In this document: positions 27,116 through 36,407 of the stretch, piece after piece
Layout: each line of letters begins with the position of its first letter
Numbering within the stretch: the stretch's first letter is position 1
Source of the DNA: Patescibacteria group bacterium
Lineage (GTDB): Bacteria > Patescibacteriota > Patescibacteriia > UBA1558 > UBA10009
Reading direction: 5' to 3'
Length of the DNA: 64,000 nt
Assembly: GCA_041662565.1 (NCBI GenBank)
Contig: JBAZSE010000001.1
Location: forward strand, 257,084-321,083
Made by a program: the position numbers and the translations under genes
The notes under the pieces: generated by a model
Database searches by the model: none
Told to the model about the DNA's origin: nothing
The model's input: the letters and a program-made list of their open reading frames with translations, nothing else

Positions 27116-27272
27116 TCGAACGGGCAGAAGCGAGGCAAGCCCTCAGGGCGCAGATGAGCGTCGACAAAAGCGACCAATCGGAAGCTTTTGGCGCTGCCCA
27201 GGACAACGAGACCCGCAAAGCGGGGCGAGGCGGAAATCTTTACCCGCCTTTGGCTGGCCTCCTCCCGAGCCA
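27111..27272 (+). repeat. GC-rich REP-like segment ending in a 15-bp copy of the tRNA-Asn 3' end
   Basis: Starts GGGATTCGAAC (antisense T-arm) and ends CCTCCTCCCGAGCCA (27258-27272), followed by a terminator. Confidence 0.8.
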
Positions 27273-27360
27273 GTAAAAGTGCATCAACGATTGTTGGTGC
27301 TTTTTTAATAAATAAGCTTTTAAAAACCACAAAAATATGATAACATGTATTTAATAAAAA

Positions 27361-28620
27361 ATGCTTGAACAGGCAAATTGTATGAGAAATGTTTTTATAA
27401 AATTTATCCCTTTTTGGATTTTTCTAATTATCTATAAGCTAGGAGGCAGTTTGCACTATTCCTTAATCTCACCTCTTGGGGAAAGGCTTTTACCTTTATG
27501 GATTGTCGGGCTTTTAATGGGCGGCAGCTCAATTATCCAAATGTTGCTTGATGTTCCGGCAGGTCATTTTTTGGATCGCTTTGGTTATCTTAAACTGTTA
27601 AAACTAACGACTTTTATTTTTCTCTTTGCCGGCATTGCCTTTATTTTTAATTTTACCATTGCCACTTATATTATTAGCCTGATAGCCGCCACTTTCGGTT
27701 GGGTGTTGTTTGGTCCCGGAGTTAACGCCTATATTCTTTCTCAGGCACCTAAAAAAAATTCCGGCACTTTCATCTCCTTTAGGGATATTTTCGGCTCAGC
27801 TGGTGTTTTTCTGGCCAGCGCCGTTTTAGGCCTAGTACTTGCCTTAACTCCGACCACCATAGGAACAATAATATTCGCCATAATGCTGGCGGCACTGGCA
27901 GCGCTTTACTTTAGCCCTCCAGATACCATTTCTGTTCATCATGAACAAAAACTCCCCACACAACATCATTATATAAGAAGAAATTATCCTCATAAACTTT
28001 TGCCTATTTTAAAAAAGCTTAATCCGGCTAGTTCCATGCTTTTGCTAACAGGACTTACTTCTTCTATTTTTTACGGCGTCATCTGGTTTGTAGTGCCTAT
28101 AGTAATTGCCAATAGCGCTAACTCGGGCTTGCTCAGTATCGGTCTAGGTATTTTTGATTTTGCCATAGTAGCGCTTGGATTTCTATTAGGTAAGATGGCG
28201 GACAAAGGCAATAAAAGAACGCTGGTCTTTTTTGGATTGTTATTGTTTGCCGTATCGGGAATTCTGATCGGTTTTAATTTTAACTGGCTGTTCCTGGTTT
28301 TGGGATTTTTAGCTACCACTGGCGACGAAATGGCAAGCATTTCCTTATGGTCATGGTTGCATAGTTTAGATAAAGAACACGCTAATGATGGCCTGCTTTC
28401 CGGCGCCATTAACCTTTTTCAAGATTTGGGCTGGGCCATCGGACCGATTATTTCTGGATTTCTTTTTACCTTGATCGGGCCTTCATGGACTATTATGTTT
28501 TCAGCTGTCTTGTTATTCGCCACTTGGATTGTTTACCAATTTTTAATCAAACAGCACCGCCTGTCTTCAACCGGAATTGATATTCCTAAAAAGCCGCATC
28601 GAGCCAGGCATCATGTGTAA
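27361..28620 (+). CDS. MFS transporter
   Basis: About 12 TM; motif A in both halves (GHFLDRFG, GKMADKGNKR). Confidence 0.9.
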   Translation: MLEQANCMRNVFIKFIPFWIFLIIYKLGGSLHYSLISPLGERLLPLWIVGLLMGGSSIIQMLLDVPAGHFLDRFGYLKLLKLTTFIFLFAGIAFIFNFTIATYIISLIAATFGWVLFGPGVNAYILSQAPKKNSGTFISFRDIFGSAGVFLASAVLGLVLALTPTTIGTIIFAIMLAALAALYFSPPDTISVHHEQKLPTQHHYIRRNYPHKLLPILKKLNPASSMLLLTGLTSSIFYGVIWFVVPIVIANSANSGLLSIGLGIFDFAIVALGFLLGKMADKGNKRTLVFFGLLLFAVSGILIGFNFNWLFLVLGFLATTGDEMASISLWSWLHSLDKEHANDGLLSGAINLFQDLGWAIGPIISGFLFTLIGPSWTIMFSAVLLFATWIVYQFLIKQHRLSSTGIDIPKKPHRARHHV

Positions 28621-28650
28621 GAAAAAGATATTTCACAATTTGTATAATAA

Positions 28651-28679
28651 GTTATAACCTCGTCTACTATGGTGAGCCA
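28651..28679 (+). mobile_element. att-like hybrid site ending in the tRNA-Asn 3' end GAGCCA
   Basis: GTTATAAccTCGTctACTAtGgtGAGCCA aligns without gaps (22/29) to GTTATAAtaTCGTtgACTAaGcgGAGCCA at 30069-30097; both are followed by terminators. Confidence 0.7.
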
Positions 28680-28785
28680 CTAAAAAGGCCTTATTTTATA
28701 GGGCTTTTTTGATTGACCGCAAAAGGGATTAGAACTTTTCATAATTATCAAAATATGATAATCTATCTTTATAAGTATATCCAAT

Positions 28786-29640
28786 ATGAAAAATATTATT
28801 ATAGAAAAACCAATAAATGATTCCCTGCCAGCTCAATTATTATCTTTATATAATGCATTTAAAAATATTAAGGATGGCGAAGATTTAAATTTTGATTTGA
28901 ATAAACTGGTTTGGGTTAGTCCATTGTTGGTTTTACCTATCAGTGCTTACATCGGTTCAACTAACAGTAGTTATAATTTAGATAACTGTTCGGTTAAAGA
29001 ATATCTAAGTATAATTAATTTTCCAAAAGGAATTGATTCGGTATCGTCTTTAGACGAGGCTATGCAAATAAATAAAAGTTATATTCCGATTGGTAAATTA
29101 ATAAAAAATCTAGGCATAGAACGGGAGCGCCTGGAGTCTATGTTTAGTAAAATGATCTATAAAGTAGTTGATACTTCTGCGCAAGGAGCCAGAAGTGCGA
29201 TTTACTATCCTATTGAGGAATTGGTTGGTAATATTTTTGAGCATAGTAAAAAAGAGGAGGGTTTTATCTTTGGGCAGTATTACCCAAAAAAAGAATACCT
29301 GGATATTTGTATCGTTGATAGAGGCCGAGGATTAAAAGGTTCTTATAAAGAAGAGCAAAATATAATAATTACCGATGCAGAAGCTATTAACAGAGTGATG
29401 AGCGGTCATTCCGTTAAATCGGATATAGAGAGAGGTTATGGTGTTAGAACTTCTAAACGTGTAGTGTGCGAAGGTTTGGGAGGAAGTTTTATATTATTAT
29501 CAGGATCAGTCGCTTTAATTTCTTCCCAAAATCAAGACAAAATAGTTGAATTGCCAAATTTTTATTGGCAAGGTGTAATTGTTGCGTATCGAATTCCAAA
29601 ACCAATCAAATCATTTGATATTTCTAAGTATGTGGAATAG
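28786..29640 (+). CDS. GHKL/HATPase_c (anti-sigma kinase-like) protein with an N-terminal STAS-like region
   Basis: N-box ELVGNIFEHS, G1 box IVDRGRG, G2 box RGYG. Confidence 0.8.
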   Translation: MKNIIIEKPINDSLPAQLLSLYNAFKNIKDGEDLNFDLNKLVWVSPLLVLPISAYIGSTNSSYNLDNCSVKEYLSIINFPKGIDSVSSLDEAMQINKSYIPIGKLIKNLGIERERLESMFSKMIYKVVDTSAQGARSAIYYPIEELVGNIFEHSKKEEGFIFGQYYPKKEYLDICIVDRGRGLKGSYKEEQNIIITDAEAINRVMSGHSVKSDIERGYGVRTSKRVVCEGLGGSFILLSGSVALISSQNQDKIVELPNFYWQGVIVAYRIPKPIKSFDISKYVE

Positions 29641-29678
29641 TATTACAAGTTATGTTATACTAAAAAAAGAGGAGAAAT

Positions 29679-30026
29679 ATGGAAAAAATTACTAAAAACA
29701 CTATAAAAATAGCCGATTTAGTCGCCCCTGTAATTAGCTCCAGGGATATAGCTCTTATTCTTAAGAGTAGTATTTTAAAGTCTAATTTCTCTATAGTTGA
29801 GTTGGATTTTTCTAATGTTGAATTTATTTCCAGGTCCGCCGCTCACAGCTTGATTTTAATGAAAGAAGATTTAAAAAGAAGATTTTTTAAAAAGAGAGAT
29901 GTAATTCTTGTTAATACCAATGAAGAGGTTAGTAAAATGTTGCGTATAATTGCGGCTAATAGAGTTTCCCCTAAATCCAAGCCCAATTTTAAAGCTGAAA
30001 AAATAGATATAACAACCTTGGCTTAA
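29679..30026 (+). CDS. STAS-like (DUF4325-type) protein
   Basis: VELDFSNVEFISRSAA motif; SD GAGGAG. Confidence 0.75.
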   Translation: MEKITKNTIKIADLVAPVISSRDIALILKSSILKSNFSIVELDFSNVEFISRSAAHSLILMKEDLKRRFFKKRDVILVNTNEEVSKMLRIIAANRVSPKSKPNFKAEKIDITTLA

Positions 30027-30068
30027 ATTTCGGGTATAAAAATATAACCCTTTTTCTCCTTAAATACC

Positions 30069-30206
30069 GTTATAATATCGTTGACTAAGCGGAGCCATTA
30101 AAAAACCACCAAAGAAATTTGATGGTTTTTTATTATTCCGAGATTAATGATATTAAGGGATGAGAAGTTTACACCTCGGAGGGGTGAATCCCTCCTCCCG
30201 AGCCAT
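30069..30206 (+). mobile_element. att-like site, 70-bp direct repeat copy 2, and a 20-bp copy of the tRNA-Asn 3' end
   Basis: 30092-30161 repeats 27046-27115; GAATCCCTCCTCCCGAGCCA at 30186-30205 is identical to 27032-27051. Confidence 0.88.
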
Positions 30207-30251
30207 CAAAAAACATTAGTGAAAACTAGTGTTTTTTGTTATAATGTTTCT

Positions 30252-30428
30252 ATGAATAAAAACAGATTACTATATTTAATTCTCGGCATATTAGCCATAT
30301 TATTCGGAGCATTTCTGTTTGTTTATGGTGAATTTGACGATAGTCCTGGAGGACAAGTGATTGGCCTCGTATTGGCTATTACCGGCATTGTAGTTATTAT
30401 TAAGAGCAGGAAGCAAAATTTTAGCTAA
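30252..30428 (+). CDS. Small two-TM membrane protein (DDSPGG loop)
   Basis: Two hydrophobic helices; TGtTATAAT 6 nt upstream of the ATG. Confidence 0.75.
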   Translation: MNKNRLLYLILGILAILFGAFLFVYGEFDDSPGGQVIGLVLAITGIVVIIKSRKQNFS

Positions 30429-30657
30429 GCTAAATCAGATCTAATTTTGTTTTAGGGGGCAAATCATAAGCCCAGGTTATTTAAAAGTACATTAAAGAAT
30501 TTTAGCGTACTTTTTTGTTTGTTTGACACTATATTATAAGGGTAGTATAATAAGGATAGTATAACTTTAGGATTATTAAATCTTCTTTTCCATTGGTATG
30601 TGGACAAGCTAATGGATTGGCTGATAAATTATTTTATTATTAATAACAAATATCTAT

Positions 30658-30984
30658 ATGGAAAATAAATTCAAAAAAGGCCTTATCTTGGGCGGATTGC
30701 TCGCTGTTGGCGCGGCCATTGGCTTTGCTTTAACCAAAGAAGGCCAAGAATTAACCGAAGAATTGCAAAAAGACGTTAAAACTTTGGCTAAGCATTTAAA
30801 AAAGAATCTTGGCGATTTGGAAGATGTTACCAAAGAAAACTTTAATGAATTGGTGGATAACTTGGTTGAAGAGTATGCCGCCAAGCATGAACTGGCTGCT
30901 GAAGCCAAAATTTCCTTAATTAAGGCCTTACAAGCCAAATGGCATGAAATGGAAGAAGAATATTTGTCCGAGCAAGATAAATAA
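30658..30984 (+). CDS. YtxH-like protein
   Basis: GLILGGLLAVGAAIGF followed by an acidic coiled coil (K-x-G-x-EL). Confidence 0.7.
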   Translation: MENKFKKGLILGGLLAVGAAIGFALTKEGQELTEELQKDVKTLAKHLKKNLGDLEDVTKENFNELVDNLVEEYAAKHELAAEAKISLIKALQAKWHEMEEEYLSEQDK

Positions 30985-31077
30985 AAGACGTAAGATTAAA
31001 AATAGGCAATTATAAAACCCGGATCTTTTAAGATCTGGGTTTTTTAAAGTTACAGAAAAGTGATAGGGATAACAAAT

Positions 31078-31287
31078 TTATTTTAACAACTCGTCTATGG
31101 TGCAACGTAAGGCGTCAGAAATCCTTTTAACGGTTTCTACTCGGGGATCCAGGGTAGCGCCGGATTCAATTTTAGTTATGGTATAAAGAGTTACGCCCGC
31201 TAACTTAGAGAGTTTATCTTGAGACAAACCGGCCTTTAAGCGGTATTTTTTGATATTTCTGGCAATAGAAATAGTGATTTCCGGCAT
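31078..31287 (-). CDS. XRE-family HTH regulator
   Basis: NIKKYR-x-x-x-GLSQ-x-x-L...IESG-x-x-x-DP motif. Confidence 0.9.
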   Translation of the reverse strand: MPEITISIARNIKKYRLKAGLSQDKLSKLAGVTLYTITKIESGATLDPRVETVKRISDALRCTIDELLK

Positions 31288-31507
31288 ATGTTTGACAGTT
31301 TATTAATTTAATGGTAAAATTATACTATACTTATTTTATATATATTATTGTACTACCAAAATTATAATAGTAGTAAATCACCCTTTTTACCGATTTTTAA
31401 TTTAAGAAATACTAAACTAATATTAGTTTACATTAATTAAACTAAAAAAACAAGACCTAACTCCCTTATAAGTAAAAAATTAAAATTAGCTCAAGGAGGT
31501 GAAAAAT

Positions 31508-32080
31508 ATGGTAAATAATAAAGTAGATGAAAATATCAAAGAGTCAAAAGAAGTCGCCTTGCATTACATGAAAACATTAGTCGAGGTTGCCAGGGAATCT
31601 TTTTTAATTCTTGATTCCGAGCTTAGGGTTGTTTCGGCCAACCCGACTTTTTATCAGAGTTTTAAGGTTTCAGAAAAAGAAACCGAAAATATGCTTCTTT
31701 ATAATTTAGGCAATGGGCAATGGGATATTGTTGAACTTAAAAAATTATTGGAAGAAATTCTTCCGGAAAATAATGTAATTAAGGATTATGAAGTTACGCA
31801 TGTTTTTGAAAATATCGGACAAAAAACAATTGTGCTTAATGCCAGGCAAATTGATTCGGTGCAATTGATTATTTTGGCTATGGAAGATGTAACTGCTAAA
31901 AATCAGTTGGAACATAAATTATCCGAGTATACTAAAAATCTGGAAATTAAAATCGCTGAGCGGACCAAGCAGCTTACCATCAAAGTTAAGGAACTGGAAG
32001 ATCTTAATAAAAGCATGGTTGGCAGAGAAATAAAAATGGTTGAACTGCAGAAAACAATTGAAGAGTTGAAGAAAGATTAA
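31508..32080 (+). CDS. Stand-alone PAS domain plus coiled-coil protein
   Basis: LILD-x-x-LRVVSAN-x-x-FY-x-x-F and LGNGQWD motifs; SD AAGGAGGT before ATG 31508. Confidence 0.8.
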   Translation: MVNNKVDENIKESKEVALHYMKTLVEVARESFLILDSELRVVSANPTFYQSFKVSEKETENMLLYNLGNGQWDIVELKKLLEEILPENNVIKDYEVTHVFENIGQKTIVLNARQIDSVQLIILAMEDVTAKNQLEHKLSEYTKNLEIKIAERTKQLTIKVKELEDLNKSMVGREIKMVELQKTIEELKKD

Positions 32081-32198
32081 TAACATTCAAAAAAACAGCT
32101 CGGGTTTTACTTTAACAAAAATTGAAGCTGTTTTGTTTATAATTTTTTGGTTTAAATTGAGGTTTTTTGAAATCTAAAAAAGTGGTATAATATGAAAT

Positions 32199-33722
32199 AT
32201 GAATACCATTTCAACAAAAAGAGTTTATTTCGTTGCAGTTGTTTCTTTAGTATTGGGAATCTTATTTGATTATCTGTTTTACGATAAACAAATAGGCATT
32301 TCATTTTTGATTTATGAAGTTTTACTCTTGGCCGGCTTATTTTGCTTTTTGTTTGCTTTTAAAATCCGGCCGGATAAGGCCGTTTTTTTGTTTTTGCCGG
32401 CAATTTTATTTTTTGCCTTAATGGTCGGGATTAGAGATAATATTTTTTTGCTATTTTGGAATGTTGTGATGACGATTGGTTTAATGCTGTTAATGGCGCA
32501 TCAAATAATCGGCCGAAAAATAAATCAGATCCTGTTTTTAGATTATCTTAAAACCGCCGTTATTGTGCCTTTTAGCATGTTAGGTAAATCTATTGGAGCT
32601 TTAGGTAGAATAATTGCCGTGGGTAAAGGCAATAAAGAGAACCAAAAAACTTCGCAAATTGCCAAAGGTATTTTAATTACCTTGCCCATTGCCTTGGCTT
32701 TTTTATTTTTATTAACTTCGGCGGATTTGGTTTTTAAAAAATTGCTTACTAATTTATTCAGTTTTAATTTTAGCATTAATCCCGATGTGGTGGCGCAAAT
32801 TTGGTGGGCCGCGTTTTTTGCTTTTTTGTGGCTGGGTGTTTATATTTACATTTTAGAAAATGCCGGCCAGCCGAAAAATTCCGAGCCGGATTTATTAAAC
32901 CGGATTTATAAGTTTGGCAATATTGAAGCCGGCATTTTATTTACTACCCTAAATGTTTTATTTTTGTCTTTTGTAATTATCCAAATAAAATATTTATTTG
33001 CCGGCCATGGCGCCATAACCCAATTCGGTTACACTTACGCCGAATACGCTCACAAGGGTTTTGGAGAGCTGATCGCGGTTGCTGTAGTAACTTTTGCCCT
33101 TGTTTTTTTGGCCGAAAAGCATATTGAGCGAAGTGAAAATAAACCCAACAGGTTATTTAAAATTTTAACATGTATTTTAATGCTGCTGGTAATAGTGATC
33201 ATGGCTTCGGCTTTTACCAGATTAGGCATTTATGAACAGGCCTATGGTTTTACCTTGTTGCGCCTTTTGGTTCAGGCCTTTATTATCTGGCTAGCCGTTG
33301 TATTTTTGTGGTTAACTTATAAAATTATCAGGAACACAAAAGATCGGCCGTTTATCTTTGGCATATTTTTGTCGGTTGTAACGTTTTTTGTCGTTTTTAA
33401 TCTGTTTAATCCCGATGCTTTTGTGGCTAAAAAAAACATCAATCAATTTGTTAAAACAGGCGCTTTGGATACCAAATATTTGTCAACTTTATCAGCGGAT
33501 GTGGTGCCTGATTTGATGCCATTGTTAGCCATGCCTCAAATCCAGGATAAATACGGTAATCAGCTGGCTATAGAGATTGCGTTCATCTTAAAGAATTTTT
33601 ATGATTTATCAGCCAAACAACCTTGGCAATCTTACAATCTTTCTCGCATAAGGGCTATTGAGCTGATAAATAGCCAGTGGGGTCTGATTTCAACCTTAGC
33701 CCAGAAGAAGTTAATTAATTAA
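32199..33722 (+). CDS. DUF4153/DUF4173 membrane protein
   Basis: LL-x-SAD-x-VF, Q-x-x-YLF, TYAEYA-x-x-GF-x-EL, YGFT-x-x-R and LSAD motifs. Confidence 0.85.
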   Translation: MNTISTKRVYFVAVVSLVLGILFDYLFYDKQIGISFLIYEVLLLAGLFCFLFAFKIRPDKAVFLFLPAILFFALMVGIRDNIFLLFWNVVMTIGLMLLMAHQIIGRKINQILFLDYLKTAVIVPFSMLGKSIGALGRIIAVGKGNKENQKTSQIAKGILITLPIALAFLFLLTSADLVFKKLLTNLFSFNFSINPDVVAQIWWAAFFAFLWLGVYIYILENAGQPKNSEPDLLNRIYKFGNIEAGILFTTLNVLFLSFVIIQIKYLFAGHGAITQFGYTYAEYAHKGFGELIAVAVVTFALVFLAEKHIERSENKPNRLFKILTCILMLLVIVIMASAFTRLGIYEQAYGFTLLRLLVQAFIIWLAVVFLWLTYKIIRNTKDRPFIFGIFLSVVTFFVVFNLFNPDAFVAKKNINQFVKTGALDTKYLSTLSADVVPDLMPLLAMPQIQDKYGNQLAIEIAFILKNFYDLSAKQPWQSYNLSRIRAIELINSQWGLISTLAQKKLIN

Positions 33723-33788
33723 TATAAAGTTTTTGTTTCACTTAAATTGTGGTATAATATTAATCTAAACAGTAATCAATAATACTAT

Positions 33789-33854
33789 ATGGCCAAAGGC
33801 AATAATTCGCGCAGAAAAGAAACCAAGAAACCAAAAAAAGGCGCTAAAAAATAA
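33789..33854 (+). CDS. Unannotated 21-aa basic peptide MAKGNNSRRKETKKPKKGAKK
   Basis: Has its own TGgTATAAT promoter (about 33750-33758) and terminator (about 33865-33897). Confidence 0.65.
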   Translation: MAKGNNSRRKETKKPKKGAKK

Positions 33855-33953
33855 ATTCTGCTCTAAAACCCCGTTCTTTGCAAAGGGCGGGGTTTTTATT
33901 TTAGACAAATGCACAGATTATGATTTTAGGTCATTTTTTGCTATTATAAGTAA

Positions 33954-34451
33954 ATGCAAACACCTTTTAGAAAACCCGGTGAATTTACTAACATCGTGCC
34001 TGATCCTCATTTAACTCAAGCCAAGTTTAATCAACTTCAGGATAAATTAGCTAAGCTTAAATCGGCCTTGCCAGGAGCAATTAAAGAACTTCAGCGCTTG
34101 GCGGAAATGGGCGATTTTTCCGAAAACGCCGCTTACCAAATGGCCAAAGGCAGGGTTAGATCCTTAAACGATAAGATTTTTGGGATTGAAGAGCATTTAA
34201 AATCCGCTATTATTATCCAGCCAGTTGATCAATCAGGCAGTGTGCAATTGGGCAGTACGGTAACCATTAATTTGGCCGGCCAAGAAAAAACCTATTTGAT
34301 CCTGGGTTCGGCGGAAATTGATTTGTCTCAAAATATTATTTCCCATAATTCACCCTTGGGCTTTGCCTTAATGGGTAAAAAACCCGGAGATGACTTTACT
34401 ATTAAACAAGGTGATAAAGAAACAATTGGCCAAGTAATTAAAGTTGAATAA
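33954..34451 (+). CDS. greA: GreA/GreB family transcription elongation factor
   Basis: GDFSENAAY, V-x-LGSTV and IS-x-x-SPLG-x-ALMG motifs. Confidence 0.92.
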   Translation: MQTPFRKPGEFTNIVPDPHLTQAKFNQLQDKLAKLKSALPGAIKELQRLAEMGDFSENAAYQMAKGRVRSLNDKIFGIEEHLKSAIIIQPVDQSGSVQLGSTVTINLAGQEKTYLILGSAEIDLSQNIISHNSPLGFALMGKKPGDDFTIKQGDKETIGQVIKVE

Positions 34452-34456
34452 TTTTC

Positions 34457-34708
34457 ATGTATTACCTTTATTTGGTTAAATGCTCGGATGCCACTTTGTA
34501 CGCCGGCATAACCATTGATTTAAAAAGGCGGATTAATGAACATAATGGTTCGCCTCTGGGAGCAAAATATACCAGAGGCCGCAGGCCGGTTAAGCTTGTT
34601 TTTTTTAAAAAGTATAAGAATAAATCTTTAGCTACCAAAGCCGAGTCCAAAATTAAAAAACTATCCAGAACGGAAAAATTAAAATTATGTATAAAAAAAT
34701 CATTATAG
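34457..34708 (+). CDS. GIY-YIG nuclease (UPF0213/YhbQ type)
   Basis: YYLYL-x-x-C-x-D-x-x-LYAGIT...R-x-x-EHN...GAKYTR. Confidence 0.9.
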   Translation: MYYLYLVKCSDATLYAGITIDLKRRINEHNGSPLGAKYTRGRRPVKLVFFKKYKNKSLATKAESKIKKLSRTEKLKLCIKKSL

Positions 34709-35664
34709 TAGTTTCTTTAATTTTAGTAATTTTACTTGGCTTGTTTGTTTGGCAAAAGTTTTTTAAAGCTCCTAATTGGCAGGCAGGGTGCACTATGGAA
34801 GCTAAATTATGCCCAGATGGCTCGGCTGTGGGCCGAAGCGGACCTAATTGCGAGTTTAGCGCTTGTCCGGAAGTTGTTAAAGATAACCCTGATAACGGCT
34901 GGAAAACTTTAACTGATTCATTACAGGGCATAAGTTTTAAATATCCCGAAAAATTATCGGCAAATTTTACCAGCACTGTGGCCTGGCCGCCGGTAGTTAA
35001 AGTTGAAATTGGAAAATTTATCTGTAATGCTCAAGATGGCACAGCCAGTTTGCCTTCAAGAATTATTAAAAGATTGGTTGATGATAGGGTTTATTGCGTT
35101 GAAGCTATGAGTGAAGGCGCGGCCGGCAGTACATATACTTCTTACGCTTATACCACCGCGCAGTTTGGTAAATTAATAACGTTGTCTTTTACTTTGCGTT
35201 ATCCGCAATGTTTAAATTATGATGATCCGCAAAAAACATCTTGCCAAAATGAAAGAGAGAGTTTTGATTTGGACGGCGTAGTTGATAGGATGTTTCAGAG
35301 CATTGTTTTTATTGGCAATGTTGCTGCTAAAGCCGATTTAGTTAAAGTTGATTTTCCATTAGTTAATCAAGTTGTTAGCAGTCCGTTAACAGTTAGCGGT
35401 CAAGCCAGGGGAGTATGGTTTTTTGAAGCCAGTTTTCCGGTTCAGCTAATAGATGTTGACGGACAAATTATAGCTTCGGGAATTGCCCAGGCCAAAGGCG
35501 ATTGGATGACTCAGGAATTTGTGCCATTTGAAGCCAAATTATCTTTTACTCCACCTCCTCAAAGCACCAAAGGCCTGTTAATTCTTAAAAAAGATAATCC
35601 CTCGGGTTTGCCGGAGCATGATGATTTTTTGGAAATGCCGGTTGTTTTTAACAATAGTAATTAA
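34687..35664 (+). CDS. Membrane-anchored protein with a Cys-rich module and a Gmad2 Ig-like domain
   Basis: CTMEAKLCPDGSAVGR-x-x-PNCEF and G-x-ARG-x-WFFEASFPV...DNPSG motifs. Confidence 0.8.
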   Translation: MYKKIIIVVSLILVILLGLFVWQKFFKAPNWQAGCTMEAKLCPDGSAVGRSGPNCEFSACPEVVKDNPDNGWKTLTDSLQGISFKYPEKLSANFTSTVAWPPVVKVEIGKFICNAQDGTASLPSRIIKRLVDDRVYCVEAMSEGAAGSTYTSYAYTTAQFGKLITLSFTLRYPQCLNYDDPQKTSCQNERESFDLDGVVDRMFQSIVFIGNVAAKADLVKVDFPLVNQVVSSPLTVSGQARGVWFFEASFPVQLIDVDGQIIASGIAQAKGDWMTQEFVPFEAKLSFTPPPQSTKGLLILKKDNPSGLPEHDDFLEMPVVFNNSN

Positions 35665-35670
35665 TATTTT

Positions 35671-36336
35671 ATGATTTTGTGGAATTTTTTTAAATCAATT
35701 TATTTTCAGCACAAGGATTTTTGGACCAAAGAAAGATGCGCTTTATTGATCGGCGGAATTTTATTTTTTGTTGCGGCTTTGGTGTTGCAGGGTGTTGCCG
35801 GTCGTTACTTGGCATCCGTGGTGGGTACGCCGGTTAATGATTTAATTTTAAAATATTTGCCTCTTTTGGATATTGATTTGTTGATTGTCCAAGGCGCCTT
35901 GGTATTAACTTTTATTTTAATTTGGCTGTTTTTAACCAAGCCCAAATATTTGTTGTTTGCCCTTAAAGCCCTGGCCTTGTTTGTGATGATCCGCTCATTT
36001 TTTATTACTTTAACCCATTTGGGCATTAGCCCACATCAACTGGTTTTTGACGCTAACAGTTTTGGTTTTGGTTTGTATAATTTTTTGTATAACAGTAAAA
36101 GCGATTTTTTCTTTTCCGGGCACACCGGCGTGCCATTTTTAATGGGGTTGATTTTTTGGCCGGAAAAATGGTGGCGGATTTTTTTCTTTACGGTTTCTTT
36201 TTTATTCGGTTGCGGCGTTTTAATCGCTCGGGTTCATTATTCCATAGATGTTTTTGCCGCGCCTTTTATTACTTACGCCATTTTTGCCATGGCTAAAAAA
36301 CTGTTTCCCAAAGATTATTTTTTGCTGCGATCATAG
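35671..36336 (+). CDS. PAP2-related membrane phosphatase/phosphotransferase
   Basis: DFFFSGHT and HYSIDV motifs. Confidence 0.85.
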   Translation: MILWNFFKSIYFQHKDFWTKERCALLIGGILFFVAALVLQGVAGRYLASVVGTPVNDLILKYLPLLDIDLLIVQGALVLTFILIWLFLTKPKYLLFALKALALFVMIRSFFITLTHLGISPHQLVFDANSFGFGLYNFLYNSKSDFFFSGHTGVPFLMGLIFWPEKWWRIFFFTVSFLFGCGVLIARVHYSIDVFAAPFITYAIFAMAKKLFPKDYFLLRS

Positions 36337-36407
36337 GATTAATTTTAATTTAAACGGGGCTGGGATACGCCCTGTTTTAAGTTGTGATTTTCTGTTAAAA
36401 TTACTTT

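Noticed and set aside
27052-27330. ORFs 27073-27276 (+) and 27052-27330 (-)
   Set aside because: They are read-throughs of a GC-rich repeat and the tRNA-end copy, with no protein-like features.
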